A stretch of 64,000 nt of DNA from Planctomycetota bacterium (GTDB lineage: Bacteria; Planctomycetota; UBA1135; GCA-002686595). Below, in pieces: positions 19,007-27,365 of this stretch; within the stretch, counting starts at the first letter, position 1; every line of letters starts with the position of its first letter. The notes beneath the pieces are model-generated. The model searched no databases. It saw only the letters and a list, made by a program, of their open reading frames with translations, and was not told the DNA's origin. Position numbers and translations under genes: made by a program. The stretch spans positions 61,824 to 125,823 of the forward strand of contig DUCM01000011.1 in assembly GCA_012959785.1 (NCBI GenBank), written 5' to 3'.

Positions 19007-21931
19007 CTAGTATTCCTCGCCGTAGCCATAGCTCGTGGAGGCCCGGCTCACGAAGACTGCGTTGAGGATCACGCCGAACAGATTGACATCGGCCTGGCGC
19101 AGTTTGTTCACGGCGCTTGTAAGCACTCGTCCGGGCACGACTCCCGAACGGTAGACCATCAGCAAGGCGTCGAGGTTGGCGGCAAAGCCAGCCACATCGG
19201 CCACGACCACCGCCGGCGGCAGATCGAAGACCACCAGGTCGTAGGCCTCTTTCATCTCCTCGACGAGGTTCAAGGCCGCACGACTGGCGAGCAGTTCGCC
19301 GGGACTCGTACTCGTCTGGCCGGCTGGCAAGAGACTCAGGTTTTCTTCGCCCACATCCTGAATGCAGTCGCGCCAGACCGCGCCCTCTTCCAGGATCTCG
19401 GCAAAGCCGGGAGCGCGCTGGGTGGTAAAGATGTTGTGGAGTTGTGGCTTGCGCAGGTCGCAGTCCACGAGCAGGACTCGACGGCCCGCCTTGGCGAAGA
19501 CGATGGCCAGATCGGCGTTGGTTACGGTCTTGCCCTCACCCTGGAAACAAGAAGTGCAGGCGAGAGTTTTTAGGGCGCCGTCTCCATCGAGGGCCTGGCG
19601 CAGGGACGCGCGGATCGAACGGTAGGCCTCGGCTTGAGGGCCTCCGGGCGCGTCGCGCATGGGCAGGCTACGCTGGCCCCGGTTGAGCCCCTTGATGCGC
19701 GTGCGCCCGCGCTCAAAGTCCGGGATCGAGCCCAAGACGGGCAAGCCGGTGGCCTGCTCGACTTCCGCTTCGCTGTGTAGGGCCGAGCGCAGGGTGTGAC
19801 TCAGGAAGGCCAGGGCACAACCCAGGAAGAGCCCCAGCACGGCGCCCAGGACCAAGAAGATGGCGGCCCGCGGGAAAGACCGCGAGCGCGGTGGCACCGC
19901 GGGGTCGATCAGCACTGCGGCTGCCGAAGTCGCCGCGGCCGTGATCTGGGCTTCCTGTTCGGACTTGAGCAGGAAGGCCACGATCTCGGAGTGGGTCTCC
20001 TGCGCGCGGATGGCCTGGGCCAGAGCCAGTTGCGATTGGGGCAGGCGACCGAGACGCTGATCGTGCTCCGTTATTGTGTGTTCCACCGCGACAATGTGGT
20101 CGGAGAGTCCGCGCACCTGGGCCGCGAGGCTCGCACGCACGCGCTCGCGCAGCGTGCCCACCGATTCGCGGATGGTGCCCCGTTCGGTGATCGGCCAGGT
20201 CTTGATGCTGGCAGTGTAGTCGGCGCGCAACGCTTCAAGGCCGCGCTGCGTGACTCGCGCTCCGGCCAGGGCTCCGGCGACCTGCTCAACAAGGGCGGCC
20301 ACGAGTTCCTGGCGACTGCCCTCCAAGGCGATCAGGGCGGGATTGGATGCGAGCATCTCGGCCCTTGCGGCGGCGAGGCGCGCGTCCAGTTCGGCGAGCG
20401 AGATGAGATAGCTTTCGAACTCGGAGCCGCCGCCCGGACCTTGGGCGGAGGCGAGGCGCGCCACGGCTGACTCGTCGCCAGCCTCGATGGCCGCGAGGGC
20501 CAGTTCGAAGGCTTGAATCGTCAGGTGGCTCTCTTCGATCGCGACTCGCAAACGCAACTCCTCGGCTTGCAGGAGTTGCTTGTAGCCCAGAACATCGGTG
20601 CGCTCGAGGCGCAGGGACTCCGCCTCCAGGGTGGCGAGCTCCTTGATGTAGCCGAGCACAAGCAGGTTGGGTGTCTCCTTGCCCAAGCGCGCGAGGGCTT
20701 CGAAATCGCCTCCATCGAGGTGTTCGAGGGCTTGGCGCAGGACCGTGCGGGCCAAGTCGAGCTGGGTGCGTTGCAGTTCCAGGGCGGACAGCCGATCGAT
20801 CACGGCCTTGGCCGCATCGGGCAGGGAAATCGTCTCGGGGTTTTCGCTCTGCAAGTCGGCCACCACGCGCTCGGCGGCCTGCAAGGTCACCAACTGCCCC
20901 TGAAGTTGGCGTTCGATAAAGCCCAGGGTCCGCTCGGCCTTCAAGCGCCCGATCTGCACGCTACGGCGGATGTAGTTCTTGGCCAGGGCATTGGCGGTCT
21001 CAGCGGCGCGGTAGGGGCAGGAATCGTCCACGGTGACCTTGACCACATTGGTCTTGCGGCCCGCCTCCGCGGCTCGGGTGGTCTTCATCAGGTGCAGCAC
21101 GGCTTCTTCGGTGCTGCGCAAACCCACGCAATAAGTCTGGCCCGCGAAAGCGCCGCTGGCCTGCAAGCGCAGGCGCAGATCAAAGACCTCCAGGTCCACG
21201 CCGGGTTTGTAGTCAAACTCGACGAAGTCCTCGCCGTCTTGCGCTCCAGGAACTTCAGCGAACAAGTAGCCGCCGTGAGGCGCGATGCGCACCGTAGCCT
21301 CATCGACGAAATACACATCGAGTTCTCGCACTTCGCTCTCGTCCGCTGTCTTGCCTGCCAGGGGCTCCAGCCGAGCTCGCAGGCGATGGTCGAGAAAGCG
21401 ACTGCCCCGCAGTCGACGCAGGATGCCGTCCGAGGGGCGTCGGTCGTGTGCGTCCACCACCGTTTCCAGGCCCATGCCCTCCATGCTGGTGGTGTCGCCG
21501 GAAGCCACGGGATCGAAGTCCGGTGCGGTGGCGTCGAACAAGGCAATATCGGCGGGCCAGGGGGCCTGCGGGCCCACAGTGACCTCGGCCAGGGAGCGCG
21601 ATTGGATCAAGGCAATTTCGGCCTCGGCGGCAGGGTCCGAGGTCAGGCTGGCGATTTCCGAAAGCACGCCGCCTGTGGACTCGTCCTTTTCGAGGAGCAG
21701 TACCGCGCTGGCCTCGTAACGGGGCTGGCGCGTGCTGACCCACAAGACGGTGCACACCGTGACGAAAAAGGCCGCCCCGGCAATCAAGCTCTTGTGCCGC
21801 AAGAGGATGTGCAGCAACTCCCCGATCCGCACCGTGGGGTCGGCGAACATCCCGGCAGCGCCGTTCGAGGGAGACTGACCGTAACCGTGACGGCTCTCGG
21901 CGTGGACTTCAGTCGTTGTAGAGGCGGTCAT
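19007..21931 (-). CDS. wzc: Polysaccharide co-polymerase / bacterial tyrosine autokinase (Wzc/GumC/EpsB type)
   Basis: N-terminal Wzz-like TM plus a long coiled periplasmic domain and a second TM. C-terminal kinase has Walker A GEGKT, A' LLVDCDLRKP and B DLVVFDLPP, with a Tyr-bearing tail SYGYGEEY. Confidence 0.9.
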   Translation of the reverse strand: MTASTTTEVHAESRHGYGQSPSNGAAGMFADPTVRIGELLHILLRHKSLIAGAAFFVTVCTVLWVSTRQPRYEASAVLLLEKDESTGGVLSEIASLTSDPAAEAEIALIQSRSLAEVTVGPQAPWPADIALFDATAPDFDPVASGDTTSMEGMGLETVVDAHDRRPSDGILRRLRGSRFLDHRLRARLEPLAGKTADESEVRELDVYFVDEATVRIAPHGGYLFAEVPGAQDGEDFVEFDYKPGVDLEVFDLRLRLQASGAFAGQTYCVGLRSTEEAVLHLMKTTRAAEAGRKTNVVKVTVDDSCPYRAAETANALAKNYIRRSVQIGRLKAERTLGFIERQLQGQLVTLQAAERVVADLQSENPETISLPDAAKAVIDRLSALELQRTQLDLARTVLRQALEHLDGGDFEALARLGKETPNLLVLGYIKELATLEAESLRLERTDVLGYKQLLQAEELRLRVAIEESHLTIQAFELALAAIEAGDESAVARLASAQGPGGGSEFESYLISLAELDARLAAARAEMLASNPALIALEGSRQELVAALVEQVAGALAGARVTQRGLEALRADYTASIKTWPITERGTIRESVGTLRERVRASLAAQVRGLSDHIVAVEHTITEHDQRLGRLPQSQLALAQAIRAQETHSEIVAFLLKSEQEAQITAAATSAAAVLIDPAVPPRSRSFPRAAIFLVLGAVLGLFLGCALAFLSHTLRSALHSEAEVEQATGLPVLGSIPDFERGRTRIKGLNRGQRSLPMRDAPGGPQAEAYRSIRASLRQALDGDGALKTLACTSCFQGEGKTVTNADLAIVFAKAGRRVLLVDCDLRKPQLHNIFTTQRAPGFAEILEEGAVWRDCIQDVGEENLSLLPAGQTSTSPGELLASRAALNLVEEMKEAYDLVVFDLPPAVVVADVAGFAANLDALLMVYRSGVVPGRVLTSAVNKLRQADVNLFGVILNAVFVSRASTSYGYGEEY

Positions 21932-22724
21932 AGGCCAGGGCCAAGGAGCCCAGTTGGCTGAGGGTGAATCCGGTACCCTGGAGGTAGGGCAAAATGTTCT
22001 CGTTGAAGGTCCCCACGCCGGACTTCTGCACGAAGATAAAATCCTCGCTCCGAATCTGCACCAGGCCCTCGGGGCCCGGGGTCTCGGCGTTGAACGGGAT
22101 AACCTCGATGTCTTGCGTGCCGTGGCGACGGATGATGACGGCTGCAGTACGGTTGGCTCCGGGCAAGAGCCCTCCGCCCATGGAGAGCGCTTCGAGAGCC
22201 GTGATAGGTCGGTCCATTGGTATGGGCCCGGTGCTTTGGACTTCGCCGAAAAGGAAGAAACGCCGCGATGTGTACTCCACCACGGAGACCGAGACGGCGG
22301 GGCGTTTCAGGTAGGCAGCCAGAGCGGTCTCGATCTTCTCGGCGGCCGCCGAGGGAGTCAAACCCGCGAGGTCGATGGGGCCGGTGAGGGACAGTGCAAG
22401 AGTGCCGTCGGGAGCGATGCGCACTCCGGTGGGCGGCGACGAGAGTTCAGCCTGACCGAAGACAGCCACCGCGATCAGGTCATTGGGTCCCAGGGTAAAA
22501 TCGGACCAGTCCACTTGAAAAGACCGCGTGCTCACGGCCGTGGTCGATTGGGGCAACCTGGGGGCGGCGCAGGCAGACAGCGCGAGCAAGAGCAAGAGGC
22601 GCGGGAGAAGGGTAGTGGGCACGAAACCTGTTGGACGGCAGATAGGGAAGGGGATAGCGCGGAGAGATTGCCTCCCCCCGGGAGCTTTTTCGGCACGCCA
22701 GCGGGCGTTCACAAGCTTCCCCAC
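21909..22724 (-). CDS. wza: Outer-membrane polysaccharide export protein (Wza-like; Poly_export + SLBB)
   Basis: Lipobox LALSAC, then LGPNDLIAVAVFGQ.ELS (Poly_export) and an SLBB-like half. Start is uncertain: GTG 22724, or GTG 22622 giving VPTTLLPRLLLLLALSAC. Confidence 0.85.
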   Translation of the reverse strand: MGKLVNARWRAEKAPGGRQSLRAIPFPICRPTGFVPTTLLPRLLLLLALSACAAPRLPQSTTAVSTRSFQVDWSDFTLGPNDLIAVAVFGQAELSSPPTGVRIAPDGTLALSLTGPIDLAGLTPSAAAEKIETALAAYLKRPAVSVSVVEYTSRRFFLFGEVQSTGPIPMDRPITALEALSMGGGLLPGANRTAAVIIRRHGTQDIEVIPFNAETPGPEGLVQIRSEDFIFVQKSGVGTFNENILPYLQGTGFTLSQLGSLALAYDRLYND

Positions 22725-22802
22725 AGCCTTGCCCCAACTATTCTCTCTCCGCAGGTCCTACCCCTTCTCTGTGCAGGGTGAGCTCAAGAAGGACCAGGGC
22801 CT

Positions 22803-23543
22803 CTACTTCGTTGCGTATGCCCGCTTGGCATCGACCTGTGCGAACTCATCGAGTTCGGGAGAATAGGCCGTGAGTTTGCCGCCGTAGACGCAACCGGTGT
22901 CCAAACCCAGGGCCACCAAGGCCGATCCAACCCTCCGCATGCGTGGAACCTTGGAGGGATTATGGCCGAAGACCACCAGGTTCGGGCCGTCGTAGACTTC
23001 GTACCAGTAGGGCCTGCCGCGGGAAGACAACCGCCGCAGGGAGACGAGATCTTCCGGCGTAACTTGCGAGGGCGCCTGGCCGGGAATCAGGCCGGCGTGT
23101 ACGGCGCACCAGGGCCGGCCGTCGCGGGTCGTTCCGGCGCCCGGCACGCCATCGTGTTCCTGGAAAAATCCCGAGTGCGTCTGCAGGAAGCGCAACACAT
23201 CTCCGCGGCGTTCGGGTGGTACGGCGCAGGGTCGAAAGCCATCGCCGGCGAGGTCATCGGCCACGAGGTCCTCGAACTCCTCGCGCAGGGGTGGGCGGTC
23301 CGAAGCGTCGGCCAACTTGGGTGCCAGGTTGAAGCGTTCGAGGATGCGCAACTCATGGTTGCCCAGGATGAAACGCCCACCGGCACCAGAAAAAATATCG
23401 AGCACGCCAGCGGCGTCGGGTCCGCGGTGGAACAGATCCCCCACCGAGAGCAGAGCGTCATCGTCCCCGAGCCCGAGCAAGGCGAGCAAGGCCGCCAACT
23501 CGTCGGGGCAGCCGTGAACATCACCGAGGATCCAGGTCGCCAT
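22803..23543 (-). CDS. PPP-family metallophosphoesterase (ApaH/PrpE-like Ser/Thr/Tyr phosphatase or Ap4A hydrolase)
   Basis: GDVHG, GDLFHRG and GNHE signature motifs in canonical order. 246 aa. Confidence 0.85.
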   Translation of the reverse strand: MATWILGDVHGCPDELAALLALLGLGDDDALLSVGDLFHRGPDAAGVLDIFSGAGGRFILGNHELRILERFNLAPKLADASDRPPLREEFEDLVADDLAGDGFRPCAVPPERRGDVLRFLQTHSGFFQEHDGVPGAGTTRDGRPWCAVHAGLIPGQAPSQVTPEDLVSLRRLSSRGRPYWYEVYDGPNLVVFGHNPSKVPRMRRVGSALVALGLDTGCVYGGKLTAYSPELDEFAQVDAKRAYATK

Positions 23544-23556
23544 AAGAGATCTGGAT

Positions 23557-23597
23557 GAGAATAGCGCCCAGCGCAGGCGCAGCGCAGCGCTATTCTC
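23557..23597. promoter_or_regulatory. Perfect 11-bp inverted repeat GAGAATAGCGC-N19-GCGCTATTCTC
   Basis: Arms at 23557-23567 and 23587-23597. It lies 14 nt upstream of the phosphatase ATG (23543) and downstream of the GFA stop (23624). Confidence 0.6.
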
Positions 23598-23623
23598 GCC
23601 GCAATTCTTGCGCAGACCAGTTC

Positions 23624-24052
23624 TTAGAGCGGATCTACTCCGCTGGTTCCGCCCAGACGCGGCAAGTCATCGTGAATCGGGCACCAGGCGGGTGCGCGGT
23701 CGGCGTAGACATGGGCGCCCGGCGCTCGGTCAAGCTCGCCCGCCAGGTTGGCCACGAGGAGATGCACCTCGCCCGGCCAGCGCGGCCCTTGGAAGAGGAT
23801 TGTAGTGCCGCAGACCGCGCAGAACCGGCGCGTGCTCCCGGTGTCGGAGGTGTAGTCGCTGATGAACTCCGCGCCTGCCTCGATCTCGAAGAGCTCGTCC
23901 AGAAAACCCGCGTAGGTCACGATCCCCGCCCCCTGGGCGCGACGGCAGTTGTCGCAGTGGCAGTGGGCGACAAAGCGCGTGGGCAGCCTGGCGCTGTAGC
24001 GCACCGCTTGGCAGTAGCAGCTCCCCGCGATCTTTTCTTGCTTCTGGGCCAT
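23624..24052 (-). CDS. GFA (glutathione-dependent formaldehyde-activating / CENP-V-like) family protein
   Basis: 142 aa from ATG 24052: MAQKQEKIAGSCYCQAVRY...HCHCDNCRR...FCAVCGT, the zinc-Cys pattern of the GFA domain. Confidence 0.8.
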   Translation of the reverse strand: MAQKQEKIAGSCYCQAVRYSARLPTRFVAHCHCDNCRRAQGAGIVTYAGFLDELFEIEAGAEFISDYTSDTGSTRRFCAVCGTTILFQGPRWPGEVHLLVANLAGELDRAPGAHVYADRAPAWCPIHDDLPRLGGTSGVDPL

Positions 24053-24243
24053 GGAACCATTTAGCCAGGCACGCGCCCGCTCTGGCCAGCTCTTTGTGCT
24101 CTTGCGGCCAAGATCCTCCAACCGAGGAGGCTCTCCATCAAGGCCATGAAAACTCTCACGCAGCCGCTGGTGGGTTTGGTCCAGCCAACGCTTTGAGGCC
24201 GCCAGCGCAAAGCCCATGATGCGGGTCAGCACTGCCTGCATCC

Positions 24244-26460
24244 ATGTCCCATCCCCTCCCCCCGCGCAAACTCTCGAATCCCGCGGCCTTTGCCTTCGCC
24301 CTGCTCGCCTGCACTCCGCCTGGCGAGCTGAGCGCCGAGCCTCCGGCGGCCCAGGTTGTCGCCGACGCCCCCAGCGGCCCCGCCCTCGATTCGCGTTTCG
24401 AGCTTGAGGTCCTGGGCAAGCCCGAAGGGCTCGCGGCCTGCGACCTCGATGGCGATGGCCGCGACGAGTTGGTGGTGCTGTCACGCTCGCCGGGGCGCTT
24501 GACCCTCTTCAGCGAGCTGCCCACGGAATGGAACCTGCGCCCCCAGTCCCGCGACATCGAGGTGGGCGACTACGCCCTGGGACCGGTGATCTTGGGTGCT
24601 GGCGGCCCGGCGCCGCACATCGCCTACGCTTCCCGTTCCACCCTTGCCCTGTCGATCCTCGACCCGCGTGCGCCGGAGAAGGCCGCGCACTTCCAACTCA
24701 GGAGCGCACCGCGAGCCCTGGCCGCGGCTCCCCGCTCGCGCGCTGGAGACGAAGGCGTCATGGTGGCCACCGCCGGCGGCGCCTTGTTGTTCTGGAACGG
24801 AACAGGCTTACCGAGGCGCCGCGCCATCGACGAGCATCAGGTGAGTGCGCTGCTGGCCGTGGACGACGGCAGCGCGGTCGTCGTCGCCGACCGCGGCCTG
24901 CGCACCCTGGCCCTCTACCCCACGGGCGACTCGCAAGGCTCTGCGGGCGTTCTGCGTCGCGACCTCGCGGGCCTGCCCCGGGCGCTCCTTGCCCTTGATC
25001 TCGATCAGAGCGGTGACGACGAACTCGTGGTGGCAGGTGGCGACCGCCAGCTGTGGATCTTTGGCTACGAGGACGAGAACGGCCCGCGAGGCTGGTTCGG
25101 GCCAACAGTGCCGCGCACGCTCGACCTCGACGCTATTCCCCTGGGCCTCGCCCGCGGCGACTTCTCGGGCGCTGGCCGAGACGACCTGGTGGCGCTCTGC
25201 TTCGGTCAGCTTTCCTACTCTGTCCTTTCGGCGGGCGAGCCCCCTGGCGGTCCCTTGAACGAGTTCCTGCGGGGCTACGCCGGGCAATCGCCTTGGAATC
25301 TCGCCACGGGCGACTTCGACGGAGATGGTCGGTCCGATTTGTGTTTCGCCAACCGCGACGCGCGGCGGGTGAGTCTGATCTTTGGTGGGCCAACTGGTGG
25401 CCTGCGGGTGGCGCACAAGATCCCCACGGGCCGCGCGCCCCACTCACTGGCCCTGCTCCAGAGCCCGGACACTGCCGCCCGGTCCCTGGCCGTGATCCAT
25501 TCCCTTGAGGACACCTGGTCGGTCTATTCTCCTGGGCCCGAGGGTTGGATTTCGTCCGCGCGCTTTTCCGCTGGCCCCGGGGCCAACCACATCCGCGCCC
25601 TGGATTTCAACCAGAGCGGCAACGAGGTCCTGGTTTGGACTTCCACCAGCGCCGCCGGTGCGCAGTTGGTTTTTGCCCACCCGCCAGCCAGGCCGAACCC
25701 TCTCCAGCTTCCGACGCCCTTCCGCGTGGGCACTTCCGCCGCCGATCTCGTGGTCTGTGATCTCGACGGTGACGGTCTCCGTGAACTGGTGGTGTGCGAC
25801 GAGAACGCGCGCTCCCTCCGTTGGGTGCGTTTCGGTTGGGATGACGCGGCCGCGCGCATCACCACCCTTGTTTCGACTCTGGAACTGGCCGCGGCGCCCA
25901 TGGCCGCGGTGGTGTTGCCGCGAGGCGGTTTTGAATCACTCGCCGTGGCCTGCGCCAGCGCCACTAGCGGTTCGGGTCTGGTCTTCGTGGTCGCTGGAGC
26001 TGACGGCTTGGAAGTGGTCGACAGCGTGCTCACGCCGGGCCTGCCGCTGGATCTCGCCGCCGCGGACTTCGATGGCGACGGCCAGCCGGATCTGGCGGTC
26101 CTCAGCAGGCCTTCGGCATCGTCGAGCGTTGGCAATGTGCAGCTTTGGTTGCGGGATGAGGGTTGGCAGCTCAAGGCCAGCCACCCCACGGGCCAGCGCC
26201 CCTACGCCGTGGCGGCGGGCGACTGGAGCGGCAATGGCCGGGCCGAGGTCCTGGTCTCGGCCCAGAACAGCCACAACCTCGGTCTCTGGCGGGTGCCGAT
26301 GGAAGCTGGGCGCCTGCTTCTCGAACGCCAGGCCGACCTGGGCGCGGGTCTGGGTCCCCTGGCCCTGCTCCTCGGGGACCTCGACGGCGACGGACTCCTC
26401 GAAGCCCTGGTGGCCAGTGCCTTCAGCGACGAAATCACTGTGATCCGCCGGGGGCGCTAG
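24244..26460 (+). CDS. FG-GAP/VCBS repeat lipoprotein
   Basis: Lipobox FALLAC. Repeated D.DGDG..[DE]LVV motifs (CDLDGDGRDELVV, GDFDGDGRSDLCF, CDLDGDGLRELVV, ADFDGDGQPDLAV, GDLDGDGLLEALV). Confidence 0.8.
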   Translation: MSHPLPPRKLSNPAAFAFALLACTPPGELSAEPPAAQVVADAPSGPALDSRFELEVLGKPEGLAACDLDGDGRDELVVLSRSPGRLTLFSELPTEWNLRPQSRDIEVGDYALGPVILGAGGPAPHIAYASRSTLALSILDPRAPEKAAHFQLRSAPRALAAAPRSRAGDEGVMVATAGGALLFWNGTGLPRRRAIDEHQVSALLAVDDGSAVVVADRGLRTLALYPTGDSQGSAGVLRRDLAGLPRALLALDLDQSGDDELVVAGGDRQLWIFGYEDENGPRGWFGPTVPRTLDLDAIPLGLARGDFSGAGRDDLVALCFGQLSYSVLSAGEPPGGPLNEFLRGYAGQSPWNLATGDFDGDGRSDLCFANRDARRVSLIFGGPTGGLRVAHKIPTGRAPHSLALLQSPDTAARSLAVIHSLEDTWSVYSPGPEGWISSARFSAGPGANHIRALDFNQSGNEVLVWTSTSAAGAQLVFAHPPARPNPLQLPTPFRVGTSAADLVVCDLDGDGLRELVVCDENARSLRWVRFGWDDAAARITTLVSTLELAAAPMAAVVLPRGGFESLAVACASATSGSGLVFVVAGADGLEVVDSVLTPGLPLDLAAADFDGDGQPDLAVLSRPSASSSVGNVQLWLRDEGWQLKASHPTGQRPYAVAAGDWSGNGRAEVLVSAQNSHNLGLWRVPMEAGRLLLERQADLGAGLGPLALLLGDLDGDGLLEALVASAFSDEITVIRRGR

Positions 26461-26749
26461 AAGTCCACCTCATGAACACCCTTCTTGCCATCAAGTTGCT
26501 CAGTTGGACCTCCGGGATGCCCACCAAGTGCTCGTGCGCGCCTTCGATGCGGAAACGGGAGATCTTCTGCCCGCCGCCAGTCCAACCCCGGATGTCTTCG
26601 AGAACTTGCGCCTCTATGACAGCGACGGAATACAGATTCCGATCACGGAGATGAAGTACAGCGTTTTTGTTTCGACATAGTTTTCGTTTCGACCGATGAA
26701 CATCCTTGCGCATCCACGCAATTTGGGTGTCCACTTTTTTGGGGGAGGG

Positions 26750-27364
26750 TCATTCCGTCCGAAGCCGCACCTCTGACTTTTGGGGCTGGCCCTGTTTGCC
26801 GGCCTCGATCCAACGAGTGCGGGGCAGGCCGTAGAAGTTGGTCTCGATCTGGGTGTTGCCCTTGTCGATCTGACTCTTGCCCATGGGGTCGAGGCGGAAG
26901 TTGCACTTTTGGAGGACGCGCACGCTGGAGTCGTTGCCCAAAAAGACACTGGCGTGGATGAGCTGGGCTGCGAGGGCCTCGAAGCAAAGCCAAGTGATAA
27001 GACCGAGAGCTTCGCTGGAGTAGCCCCGACTCCAACGATCCACCGCCAGCCAGTAACCCACATCGCCCTGGAACTCGTGGCCCGCGAAACGCACGCCGAT
27101 CGCGCCGCAAAGCTCGTCGCTCCCGACCTCGCAAAGAGCAAACTGATAGTTGCTGCCCTGCGGAGTGTGCTCGGCCCAGTTCTCGTACATCGGCAAGAGG
27201 TCCGAAGCCCGCTGCGGGCCTTCCCAGATCAACCAGTCAAAGATCTCACGGCGCTCGTGCAAAAGCCCAAAAGCGGGCTCGGCATCCTCGCCCGCCACAG
27301 GCCGCAGCCTTATCTTTTGGCCGTCGAGACAAGCGTAGTCGAGGCGCGGCTGCTGCTGGGACAC
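26750..27364 (-). CDS. GNAT family N-acetyltransferase (RimJ/RimL-like)
   Basis: 204 aa. IRLRPV..EDAE, AIGVRF....GDVGYWLAVDRWSRGYSSEA and VRVLQKCNF blocks. GTG start lies 1 nt after the upstream TAG. Confidence 0.85.
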   Translation of the reverse strand: MSQQQPRLDYACLDGQKIRLRPVAGEDAEPAFGLLHERREIFDWLIWEGPQRASDLLPMYENWAEHTPQGSNYQFALCEVGSDELCGAIGVRFAGHEFQGDVGYWLAVDRWSRGYSSEALGLITWLCFEALAAQLIHASVFLGNDSSVRVLQKCNFRLDPMGKSQIDKGNTQIETNFYGLPRTRWIEAGKQGQPQKSEVRLRTE

Positions 27365-27365
27365 G

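Noticed and set aside
24053-24484. N-terminal extension of the GFA ORF (286-aa version), including an in-frame ATG at 24241
   Set aside because: GFA-family proteins are about 130-145 aa and begin close to the GSC.C motif, as MAQKQEKIAGSCYC does here. An ATG at 24241 would sit back-to-back (2 nt) with the divergent FG-GAP gene ATG at 24244, leaving no promoter space. The extension is Arg/Pro/Gly-rich.
26435-26734. Annotating ORF 26435..26734(-) as a bona fide 99-aa gene
   Set aside because: It spans the AT-rich island, has no SD or family match that I can support, and overlaps the FG-GAP gene end. It is reported only as a possible remnant in the findings.
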